A DNA stretch of 64,000 nt from Owenia fusiformis (Eukaryota). The position numbers and the translations under genes were made by a program. Shown one piece after another: positions 45,984 to 58,800 of this stretch. Positions within the stretch are counted from its first letter, which is position 1. Each line of letters begins with the position of its first letter. The stretch lies in the NCBI GenBank assembly GCA_903813345.2, contig CAIIXF020000001.1:4650001-4714000 (forward strand). The letters run 5' to 3'. The notes beneath the pieces are model-generated. The model was not told the DNA's origin, searched no databases, and was given only the letters and a program-made list of their open reading frames with translations.

Positions 45984-48900
45984 CTACAAAAAAAATATTG
46001 TATGATAAAGATATATCTGAAATATTTATCAACATATATTTTAAATGGTAATCACTGCCTCTTTAAAGCTAATTTTGATTCTGTCGAGTGTCATCATTTA
46101 TTGAAATACAACATTACACATACATTTACTCCGATTTTAATGGTCAGGTTCATTGAGTTGCCTGATCACGAATCAATACATTGAAATATCTGATATCTTC
46201 TTACCTTCGTTTGTTGAGTATTTCCTCTAAAGTACAACACTAATATTTCATCACATGATACATCCGTACATTGGATAGTTAAAATCCCAAATATTATATA
46301 TTTTATTATTACTATGTATATTTATTTAAACATTCATACAAGTAATAATTTTAGTTGCATTCAATGAATGAAAATGATGTCTATAATGAAATAACATGAA
46401 TAAAACGAATGTTGTAATACTATGCAATATTATGATTGTTCTCAACTGAGCCATTTGTTTTGGGAGTATATGGAGAACAAGATGCATCAATTGAAAAAAT
46501 ATCTGCTGATACAAAGGTAACCGCAGCGTCAGATATTATGTACATGTTCTCTTTCAAGAAATTCTACATTATGTCTTATTTACAAATATGTACAATATTC
46601 CTTTCCTATATGAATGATTGGAAATAGTTTGAAGATATTGTACAGACATAACATCTATATATAAAATTGTCTGCAAGCAAAGTAATTAACCCCCCATAAC
46701 AGGGGGACTGTCTTGAATAATAACACCATAAACTATCCAATACACAGCATTAAATATTAAAAATGATGTTGGGAATATTCTCCGACACATTTTGTCAATC
46801 ATTCGTGCTCGAAATTTACCATCCAAATCAGGAATTTTAGGAGCATCTAAGAACTCATCATGGGACTCCTTTGTTTCACCATCCTAAAACAGAAATCCAA
46901 ACATCAACACTAATTGAAGTAGCGAATATTATTTTCAAAGATTGGTGGAGTTTTCATCGATATTGTGGAATTCCTACCTCGCTGTCGCTCCCTGAGCTCT
47001 TTTTCCTAAACCGAGAACGTGGTTTCGCTGGCTGAGCTCTCATGAATGGAAGAGGCATTTGTTTAGCCATAAGTGCTGGTGTGATGCTTCTCACTTGCTT
47101 CCTACTAAACACATTCACCACAGCAAACTCTAATAGAGATGCAAAAACAAACAGCAGACAAACACTCATCCAAACGTCTATGGCCTTGACATAAGATACC
47201 CTGGGCAGGGAAGATCTGGCTCCAGAGCTCTGGGTGGTCGTGGTCAATACGGTCAGTAAACCAATAGACACACGAGCAGGAATGGCGTCTACACTAATCC
47301 AGAACGCCACCCAGCTTAGGATGACAATGAGGATGCTTGGAACGTAGATCTGAATGATATAGTAGCCTAAATCCCGCTTCAATTGGAAATTCACTTGCAG
47401 ACAAGGATAGGCACCTGAAACAAAAACCACCACGCCATTTTGCTACACAATCATCTTCATTTACAACAAATAGAAGCCACAAAGGAAAACTACATGAAGC
47501 TGAATATACTTTCATTGAACATACCAGTAGTGTAGTTTTGTGAGCAATCTATTAGTTCTTCGTTGATAAGCCTGTACTGAGGCATCTCGAGATTTTTCTC
47601 TTTATCGACAGGGTTGTCCCACCAACTGAAGTAAACTGTATCCATTGTGTACCCAACTGTAAAAGCAAACAACCAATATACATGTGCAATACATCTAAGG
47701 CGTTATTTCTATCCTATCGCAAGTTACACAATCCGAACACATCATGGTTAAAGTACTACAGTGATTTACTTTATTGATCATTGACGTGCAATGCTTTTGC
47801 TATGGACGACAACATATTTTGACATTACACGTGAGACAGTGGGATTTGACGTTGCACTGGTGACATCGAGTTTTTGACATAGTACATGTGACATAGGGGG
47901 TAGCTACTGATAAAAACATGTTTGGCGCATGATGGATTGGCCAGACACCTGATGAAATCTAATGAGCTTTCTGCGCTAGATAGTGAGGAAAAGATAGATA
48001 TAGGCAGACTTACAAGCATGCAGACGGCACTGCAGCATGCACAAAGAAACAACGAAGTATTAGTAAATAGAATAACTGTAAAAGTTTTACATTCTTATAC
48101 CATTACCATAAAGTTAGCTTAAGAGACGTACAGATTTTAGCAAAGGATTCTAAGAGAATAATTATGATTATAGCTAGCATATGGTTTCACTATGGTTCTA
48201 ATTTGGGTATTTTTAAAATTTAAATAAACATAAAAAAGAGCAAAATAAATTATGAAGTTTACGTACCGTAACGCTGCGCGCAAATTTTGATTTTCAACCC
48301 CTTCACACATCTTTGGACTTTATAAATCGTCATCTTTTATATCATCTTCCTAAACTTAGACCCAAATCAGTCTTTCAAATTGTTTACATTTTGTGAGATG
48401 ACATGCAGTGCTTGTTCTGTCAATACACATAATGCATATGAAACAAATCTAACTGGGCTATCAAAGTGCTGAAACCAGTTCATGGTCGGGTGTTAATGTG
48501 AAGGGGTTCATGAACAGTCGGAGTTGTATACTGTGAGATAAATGCAGAGAGGTTTGCAAACCGCCCATTGCATCTTGCATATCTTGGGCTCCAGGGGCGA
48601 TACCTAGTGCAGCACAAAGATGTGAGTGTGTGTACAGTAACTCGTGGTAGACAGGTGAAGATAAGCCTGGATATAAGACAGTGACAGGCGCGAGATTTAC
48701 ACACAGGTGGATGCTAGTCTAAAGTACGCACAATGCTGATGTTAGTAGAGACATACATATGGTTTGGCACACCTAACTGGACGATACTCCTAACAATAAA
48801 CCTGCTCTAATAGATATAGGTTGTTAGTAGAAATACAGAGTGTCCATAAAGTCTCTACAATTACAATACAAAATTCTGTGTAAGGTGTAAAGGGACATAA

Positions 48901-51900
48901 TGGACACCCTGTATATTCAGAGAGAATAGTGCTAAGATATAGGTCCAACGCAAAGGAGTCAGCAGTTAATCCTTGCTTCGATTTATTGCCATGATAATCC
49001 TTAGCATATCTGAATTAGTTGGTATATCACTTTAGTTAAGCATGCATTTCATTGCAAGTGCACATTAGGTTAGTTTTAGTAAGTATAACAATGTGCAAAA
49101 CACACTTTAACATACGCTTGCAATCAGTGCATTAGTCACACCATCTGACTGTTTTATTTGGTGTTTTGTTATAAATAAGCAACTGAGTTCCTTGATTCAA
49201 TTGTTGTTTTGCCCATCGGCTCTTGGAAGAAAAGACAATTATTTTCTAATTATATCAAGCGATAGCATTTGCTAGATTTTAACACTGCATAAACTACTTT
49301 TTCAATAAATGATGACACCTCACTAAGATTTAGACTGTGTTATTTAATCAGTATCATATATGAAGCAAAATGTGTAATAAAGAAGTTAATATTTGTAGTA
49401 TAGATAGACTATGTCAAATCAATTTAAGGCATTATTATGAAAGATCGATTCTTCTTTTGTAAATTAGGAAAATTGCACTTACAACTCTCTATCATGATGG
49501 GACAGAACTGTGTGTCCATGGGATATTTTGCCAGGTTCATCGGACACGACAATGTAACAGTCAATCTGGAAAACAGTTTCATGATTCAATACCTTTAAAT
49601 CAATTATGTTGTATAAATCAAAAAACAGTTTCTTGCAGCCTTCAACTTCCGGCAAATTATAATGTATTAGTTTTCAATTCTGGGAGGTTCTTTGCAACTA
49701 TAGTGTTACAATACTCACATCTCATTTTGTGGATTTGCAATTTATCGTTTTTTTGATTAACAGCGGCAACGTATCCAACCAAGATTTCTCTTGTATAAAC
49801 TACTGAATTATACTTTCTTGTTGTTAATGACATAAACTAGTTTAAGACTCTGGATCTGTGCTATCTATCTTAAAGATCAATACGATATACAGCTTTTCAG
49901 TTACTGGAACTCTTTAATGGTGTTATATGGCCATTTCTTATGATCTATAATGCAACAGATAATGATCCATGTCACAAATATCACTCTAAAATACTCAGCA
50001 ATGTTATTCAGGAATAAAAAAACTCATAACCCTTCATATTTGAACAGTAAAATATATTAAGTGTCCAAACTATTGTCTGTTAAGGATCATTTTAAACAGT
50101 TGATCCAATAAATTGATATTAGTGTCTGATATATTATGACTGGTGTACTTCCTAAGAGTTGATATATAATGTTAGTGTTATAAATGTATATAAGTAATGA
50201 CATTGCACTCACTTCATTGCATACCATATTTTGCCATCGTCATATAATCTCATTAAACGATTGGGTATTGTGACGTCATGAAATGCTGCTTTCTTTTCAT
50301 TTCTAAATGTGGTGTCAGGTACCCAAAGCTGACTCCACATCCCATCAGCCAGTTTTATCATACCCGATTCACCCTTTTTCCTTTTGTCCTTTTTAGCTAA
50401 TCGTGGCTCATACCATGTTTGACGAAAGTATATGTTCACCGAATAATCCTGTAATTAGAAAAAGGAATATTTATGTACAAGTAGCCTACATCTATAGTAA
50501 GGTTATACTTACTCAGTTTTGAATTCTTCATATTTACATTCACAAAAGTTATTAAAAAAATTACCACAAAGTGTGAATGACTGCACTAAAATGATGATGG
50601 ACCCATTGCTTTTCTTCTGGCATTATTTTGGAGTGACACCTATCCCACTTATTGTCATTTAGCTCAAGTGACAGATAATCGACCTTTTTGTGTATAGAAA
50701 CTAAGTGTTCATGTTATCTCATTTTCAAGAAAGGATAGCTCAAATTAAACCTGTGGATTTCAATGACACTTAATGCCTCAGTCAAATTTGCTACAGCAAC
50801 CGTAGTCCTAAACGAAACAGTTATAACTCCAGATTATAATATTTCACAGCGAACATACGGCCTGTAAAAATGGGATGCACGACATGGCGACAGACGATTT
50901 GTATAGTCGCCAATCGATCGTGGTCTACAATCGTCGTGTGGTCGCCATAGAACGAATGTGACTTAGGCGTAAATATTCACCCTTGATGTTTCCCTCTAAT
51001 ATTCAAGAAAATGCCAAAGACGTGATATTTAGGGCCCCTTGGCCTAGAATTGACCATATAATGAACTGTACGCAGTCTTCAATTTTGAGAGGGGGGCTTC
51101 CTTGCTCTTTCGTGTTATGAAAAATATGTTGTCTGAAGAGGATAAGTGAACTAGATAAAATCTAATCAATAATTCTTATTGCATGAATATATAGTTAATC
51201 ACATGTCTTATTGTACCAGGTTGTTAGAATTCAATAGTCTATTGTTATCAAATGGGAATTAGATATGCCACTAAGAATTCTTAACATGGTTTTTCGTTTA
51301 TACATGTATATCATGATCGATTTCTATGCACTTGTAGATCTTTATCTGATAATAGTGTTTGATAACAAACTGACAAAACAATGATTTTTTACTTTTAGTA
51401 GTATGTGTAGGACCGGAATATACGTACACTTACCATTGTTTGCTCACTGATTGAATAAAATGTGTTTATATATATTCCTATTTTGACTTCTGTTGGATCA
51501 GACCCATGTGGGGAGTCCCTTTTGTCATACTTAATGTCCTTTCCTCGAATCTTTATCGTCCTAAAGCACAATATAGCATTTGATTATAAAAACTATTCAT
51601 TATACATGAAATATTGCTTCATTAGTTGATATTGTACATCAAATTTGGATACTATTTTACACTATTAAAAACAAATAAAATGTTCAGGAAAATTATGATA
51701 ATAAATTTAAAAGATATAATAAAAATATAAGAAGCATCTAAAATAAACTAACATATAGAGAGCAGAAAAGGACAAAGTGAAATAGCAAAGTGTGAAGAAT
51801 CATTTTGAACAAAATAGACGGATGAAGGGAAGTGTAAACTCGGAAAACAAACGTATGTATTATATAAATAGAACTATTGGATTTGAATTGTGTGTTAGGA

Positions 51901-53748
51901 ACATTCTCTTGGAAACTATTGTTTGATCATTCAAAAATCATAACACAATTAAAGTGCAACATGCAACCAAAGAGTAAACATTATACACACTTTCTTGACA
52001 CAAACGTTCTCATCTAGAAAAGAATTGGACAGATACATTTGTAAAATGCACATACATATCACGACCAGGTACTATAAGTGATATGGGCATTCAGCATACC
52101 TGTAAAAACGTGATAAATGATGATGTTCACTAAAAGGAAATATTAGATCAACACGTCAAAAATGACGCCATGCTACATGAGTCCCGGGTGAGTGGCGTGC
52201 AATGATGTTCCAATCTAAAGGGCCTCCAACTACAAACATACCTAGCTTTTTCAACTCTAGGATCATCGCTGCATTAATATAAACATAATCCATAATATTG
52301 TCAAAGATTATATCAGGTACCTCTATTATTTAACACATCCACAATTTCCGTAAAATGTCCTGTAAACAGGGATGCCAAGGATAAGTATTTGTGAAGGGTA
52401 GAGGTGAAAATCAATTTTGTTAAACTGCAGGCAAAACCTATATTAGTATTTTTAATGTATAGATAAGAGGAAGCCGGCACGCGTTTCATAAAGCAAAGCG
52501 TTGGATAGGTATATTGGTATATTTGAGCGCGCTAAAGCTGTGTTTCCTGCTACCTTTCTCCAAGCCAATTAGGCTTAGGCCTACGGCCTCGGGAACCCTT
52601 CCTCCTCTTTACAGTTACATTTCTACAATATAAAAAAGTATTGTGAACAGTTTGAGAAATATACCAAGCGGATCTCAAACATAATAGGATCCATGAATTG
52701 ATTATATGAATCCGGATCCAAAAAATCCAATCCGAGGTTTATTCACGACCAACCTTAAAACGGAGTATCACAAACATGAATCAGATTACATAGTACAAGT
52801 TATTAGTTGGTTGAACTATTAAAATTTAAATTGTTAGGTGAACAATAGCATGCTTTTTAAAAGGATTGCTTCAAACATGTTCTTTATTATTTTGCTGCAA
52901 TATTACGTTTACCTGTAAAGTACAAAAGATTTTATTGAATGATGGAGTCAATAATGTCAATCAATATTTGCAAATATTTGCAATCTTAACATTTTCAACG
53001 TTTTTTGAAAGCGACAATGTATATCACTGGAATTAAGTATGTGCATTTTGGAATTTAGGACTAAGGCAAAATTGGAAATAAAAGAATGAATATAAGCCAA
53101 CAGTCTCCACGCACGATCTGACTCAAAGTTCAAGATACACAGAGCCGACGATAGACCATTATCTTATTCCTAAATTGCCATATTTGAACCAAGGGACAAG
53201 GAAATATTGACAAGGAAACGTCATATTTAAGAGAATGGAGTTTGCATTAATTTATGTTAATCCCAAGTTGAACATTACCATAGTTACCAGTCAGTAAACA
53301 GCTGTTTTATTACTTTTCAAAATCGTATATTTTATTCTCAATGAGGCACAATTGTGCGATTAAGAAAAATAACGACTTAAATATATTTTAATCTTGTCAG
53401 GAAAAAGTTCACGATTTTTATTTAGTATTACATAATTGTATATCATTTATTCCAGAGGGATAAATCATAGAAAGATTCGCCATCGGCTCTTCCGATTTAT
53501 CAGAGACACATAATATTTATATGTCTCTGGATTTATGTATGTCAGGATGAGAATGATAAATATATATAATAACTAGGTCTCCTTTTTCTAGATAGAGTGC
53601 TTATAATCACCCCGTTATTTATTTTTATTATGAAAATGGATGCATGAACTTACCGATCTCCTCCCCTTGCATCTAGATCTTTGGCGTAAATAGCCAATGT
53701 TTCTATGACAACCAGAAGCAGGATGTATATGTCAGTTTCAATCCACAT
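44196..53748 (-). CDS. GlyR/GluCl-like anion-selective Cys-loop (pentameric ligand-gated) channel gene with two alternative 3' cassettes
   Basis: Shared exons plus cassette A give 435 aa; shared exons plus cassette B give 426 aa (each +9 aa if the microexon is used). Cys-loop [15 protein letters not shown], second disulphide in loop C, PAR motif, four TM helices. Confidence 0.92.
46686..47656 (-). CDS. 3' cassette A (loop B to M4 and stop)
   Basis: Exons 47656-47525 ([18 protein letters not shown]), 47414-46978 (AYPCL..M1, [21 protein letters not shown]3, loop), 46883-46686 ([21 protein letters not shown]). AATAAA on the minus strand at 46326-46321 and 46307-46302. Confidence 0.92.
48836..48911. 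mobile_element. Tiny Tc1/mariner-type MITE
   Basis: TA|CAGAGTGTCCAT...ATGGACACCCTG|TA. Confidence 0.6.
49483..53748 (-). CDS. Shared 5' exons of the Cys-loop receptor (signal peptide to Cys-loop)
   Basis: 53748-53654 ([23 protein letters not shown]..., least certain), optional 52268-52242, 51560-51434 ([28 protein letters not shown]), 50448-50213 ([32 protein letters not shown]), 49565-49483 ([27 protein letters not shown], phase-1 exit). Confidence 0.88.
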
Positions 53749-55230
53749 GTCAAAGTGTAGTCATCCCCTCAGTTCACATCATCGCCTACAAGCACATAAT
53801 GTACCCCACTAAATTAATGGAAAAATCGGACATTTTCTCGTGACTCGTGTCTCTGGGCGACTTTCCTTTTAATTTTGTGACAGGTTATAAAAGTGTGGAA
53901 TGATTAACTTTTGAACTAGCTCATAAATATTGCATCCCTGCTTACATTGTTCAGTCAGATTGATTGCACACGTTTACACGTCCTTTATCGTCATTTGACA
54001 CATAATATTGCCTGCTGATACGGTGACTGACACTGTGGTTATTTTGGTAATTTGCAGTAAATGCTAAGTTACAATATACTTTACCATCACCCTTATTCAA
54101 GAAAATGCTTATTCATCAACTCCTATAGAAAAGTCACCATTAGCTCAGCAAATTGGCAAGAAGAGTCTTAATGAACTATCTTGTCCTATATTGTAGCTAG
54201 ACAAGATTTACTATTTAATTCCCTTAAATATTTCTTTCATCACGCACTTCAATTTCACGTTTAAAACTGTACTCCGGCTCAATGTACAGAAACTGTCATA
54301 ACATCCTCATATTCAGCCAAGAGTAACCCATGTCAGTGTTCCCCTAATATACCTTATCCACTTACATGTACATTCTCTGTTATTTGCCGTAACCTGGTAT
54401 GATAGAGATATAATTACAGTAACTTATAGTGAAGCTTCTTATCGACTTTGCTTTTTATAGTCTAGCTAGGCATATGAGAAGTAAGTCGTTTGTTTAATCG
54501 GCGTGCTTGTCTCCGGATGCATTTGGAAACGTTGACAAGCTAATTCCAGAGATTTACAACTTGTTACTTGAACGCCAATTCTTAATCCAGTATGGACCAG
54601 TGTATGCATTCTGATATTGTTGATGGAACTCTACCTTAATAGCCAACAATAACCTTCAATGGCAACTAAATGTTATAAGTTAAATAAGAATCTGAATTAA
54701 CAGAACCCTATGTATTGAATTCAGTCTTTTACATTCACTTGTCATAGAGTTTCATTGTGGGAACTAACTCTTTGGAGTTTATTTGCATTTGTGTAGAATT
54801 ACTCTTTTTTCTGTAATGTAAATAAAATTTGTTTGAATAAATATTGTCATTAACAAATGTATTGAGATAAGGTTCGTCTTACGGTTCACCATGTGGAATG
54901 CTTAACCAGATTTTGTATAGAATTCCAATTTGTAAACTATTACTTATATGCTGAATAATTTTGTTATCCCTCAAAAGCAATTTTGTATCATGGCACAGAT
55001 GCCCTTCTAAATCAATAATTAATTGATTTAGATTAAGAGATTAGTACAATTTTATTGTCCTTATTGTACATTTAAAATAAGAAGAAGACTGTTTTATTCA
55101 CAGCGGTCTGAAAATGTTCGAAGGACTGGTGAGCCTCAAAGGTTAATCTTTATTTGAATTTACTTATTCCCTCAGATTCCCCAAATTCTTTATAATAGAA
55201 GTTAAGTTACATTTATATATAAATGATTTA

Positions 55231-55815
55231 CAGGGTGGTCAAAAAAACGGAAACCCTGCATTTTCCTCATATCTTCGTCATTTTGGGTAATTATTCCCTG
55301 AAATTTGACACACATGTACAACATTCAATTTCCTACCAGCTAACCATATTTCATGACCATCAGATTGATAGTCACAATGGTACAGCACTTTGAACAAGAT
55401 GCCCCAGTGTGGCCACCATTGGGCTATTGGCAAATCTGAACAGGTTGTCAATGATCTGACTACATTTTTCAGCAGATAAGGCCTGAATGACATGGATGAT
55501 CTGCTTTTTGAGGTCTGCATTTGTCCTGGGGTCATTCTCGTACACTCATTTATGGTGTATCACCACAGGTTGAAGTTAGGTAGGGACATTTTGGATGATA
55601 GGTGCAGGTTTGCCGAAAGTGCAATATTGGCCAATGGAGCATGTTGTTTAAAGTGCTGTAACATTGTGACTATCAATTTGATGGTCATGAAATATGGCAG
55701 GCCGGTAGGAAATTGAATGATGTACAAATGTGCTAAATATCTGGGAGTAATTTCCTAAAATGACAAAGATATGAGGAAAATGGCGACAGGGTTTCCAGTT
55801 TTTTTGACCACCCTG
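55231..55815. mobile_element. Tc1/mariner-type non-autonomous element with ~180-bp TIRs
   Basis: TA|CAGGGTGGTCAAAAAA...TTTTTTGACCACCCTG|TA; long imperfect inverted arms. Confidence 0.85.
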
Positions 55816-58800
55816 TACATACTAATTATGGTTTTCTACTTAACTCGGAGCTTATATGTATTTTCGTAGATAAATTGTTTATTTGATATGATGGGAAAAT
55901 AATACTTTTGAATTATGGAAGCTGATGAAGGTTAATTCCCAAATGCCTCACATAATATGTATACCATGTGAATAATGACTTTGAAACCCAACCACTCTGA
56001 ATTTTCCGGAAAGCTGAATATGATTATATAGTTTAAGGTCACATATTTAGCAGTACTTCATTGCCGCTATTAATGAAATCTACTAGGATATAAATTTTTA
56101 TACTGGATCCCCATATCCACAGACAAAACATATACTAGTAAACATTCTGTGAACTTTGAATTTCAAAAAGGCAATTAACAAAAATAATTAAATTTAAATT
56201 TGGGCCAATCAATTTTTGATGACGTCATCAATAATGTCAATGTTTCATTCTATATACAGTAATAACTCAAGAATGTTGTCTTTCAATTCTTTACTATACA
56301 TTAACTTTCTTTTGATCAAGTGAAGATACATGCAATATTAGTTATTGATATTCTCTAAAATATATTGTATGTACGATACACAGCTGTATATTTGGTATTT
56401 GCCATTTATTATTTTACATTTCTCTCTATTTGTACAAATGGAATACAAATGTCACATGTTATTTTGAAAAGACAAAAATAAAATTAATCCTGATGCATCG
56501 AAGTAATGTTTTGACGTATAGACTAAAATCTGCCCAGTATGCATTAGTTTCGAATATAGACTATGGTGGAATTAGCTTCATTCGAATCTCGACAGACATG
56601 TGGAATATTTAACTCAGATGTATCAATGAATAGAGTCAATGAACCATATCGAACAGATCTTTTAGTGCTCTGATTACGTATAATTCATTAATATTTGTAC
56701 CCAACTTTACAGGATATATCATATGCAATACAGGAAATGTAAAGATGCACCCATGCTCACATCTAGCATATGGTATCCTTGGCAAAACCCCAAAATGCAC
56801 CAAATGAATAATTCAACATTATTGGAAAGAGCTTTATGTTACGTCAGGTTACACAAAAAAGTCTACGTTTAATGCAATCAAACAATATTGCCATTTCCCA
56901 AAATAATAATCAGATCTATATATAACAGTAACATTAACCCAAAGCAGAATTATCTTTTAAATTAAGTTGACTGTTAGCCTCTGGTATCGAATATCTGTCT
57001 TGTTATCATTCCCCCGCATTCAGTAATTCTTAAAAGTTTTGAACGATTTATAATGAAATAAATACAAAGCTGAAGGGATGATTTTGTTTTGACAAGAGCA
57101 TGTGTCTAAAAGAACCAATAGATTGCCCAGCTTTATATGGATGTATCCCCAATCGAACTCTTCAACTGACACACTGAAGCACATTATAAAACGTATATTA
57201 GTTTGATAACATCCCAGAGGGCATCTCGGATGATTGTAACGAATAAAATAAAATACTGCCCGAAGCATTGCTAAGACGGCCAAGACATCCTAATAAAGTC
57301 AACTGAAATTTCCTGATTTGAAATAATAAATGTTATTTATCTAAAATATAGCCTGAAACACGGACATTTTCCAATTCAAGTTAACGTGTTTATTGTTTCG
57401 CAGCTATTGTTATAATATGGTTCATTCCATTGACAACAGATGTCCAATTTGTATGTATAAACTGTTTGTGGTAGTGTTCTATAAATCAACCTAAAGGCCT
57501 TATCAACAATTACCATATGTGAATCGATTGTGATCTTCAGTTGGATTGGATGAACTTGTTTTTCTCATTAAATCCGAATATGTAACTGGTAACGTACACG
57601 TGACTTCAAATATCACTTACCATCAACTCATCCTGAAAATATATTCCTTAAATAGGAATAATTCTAGGTTACGCAAAAATTATTACTTTTCATATCATAC
57701 TTTTTGTAAGTTGTAATAAACTCTTCTTCGGTTGAGATCTTTCTCTGTAGCTATATTACTAATACAAGCCCATTGTGTGATATAATCCGGTCATATTATA
57801 CCATACCCCTAAAACGTAGTACTACGAGTCCAGTAGCTAATTCATTGAATGAATAATTGATACCAACACTGTAACTCACGAATGGAAGAACTGAATTTCT
57901 AATGTTAACCTGGATATCATTTGAATGTGTGACTAATACATATAAAATAGGATGAACCGCCAAAACGATTATATGATTACAAGCAAAATGAGTCAGATGT
58001 CTACTAGTCATCAGTATTCATAAAAATGCCGACTCGGAGCCTACTTTAGGTACACAAAGCTTTCTTTTGAAGATTCGAAATCTAACTATTAATAAGCGTA
58101 AAAATTTCACTGTCATTTGACATATTTAACATATCCAGATTTCATTTTATACAATGGTCTGCAGAATAAGAGGAAATATGCATATATTGTATGATGAGAC
58201 TATCAAGATAATGATTAACACAGTACAACCTTTCAAACAGTACAACCTTTCAAAGTTACTACAGCAAAACTACAGTGTAACTTTACTTATGCATGATGTC
58301 AATCTACATACCAACTAAGGCGACATATAGAGGAGTTTGCAGGGTCTGTCCTTTGTAGAGTTCTAAAACGGACCCCTGATAGCGATCCTATACTCACAAT
58401 TCGTAAAAAGGATATTTACCATGTAAACCCCTACCTCCAAGAGGTCTCGAGTCCTTAGAAGACCTTGCGTTTTGTGATTGACCCCGCAACGTAAAAAATC
58501 CCCACATCGTGTCTGAAAGACTCGTTAACCACCTCACAACGTTGCTCTCGTAAGTGCAGTGTGTCTGTTTCAATGGGACGTATATATACACTACCAAACC
58601 AGTATATAATATAAATAAATACAAATGTAACGTCTAATTAGTGTAGTTTTTAGGGTAGTTTTTGGGGATACACTTAAGATTTCAGTTGTAAGAAAAATAT
58701 CAAACGCAGCAATTGAGGTACCATTGCTGAATATCCAAACAATTACAGAAGATAACGGAACCAATTATAAAACTCAAGGATAATATTACTGAAGATTAAA

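Noticed and set aside
44196-47656. Two separate tandem receptor genes
   Set aside because: There is no room or sequence for a second signal peptide and Cys-loop between 46686 and 45983.
52058-52100. AG...GT-bounded candidate exon of the receptor
   Set aside because: It has stop codons in all three frames.
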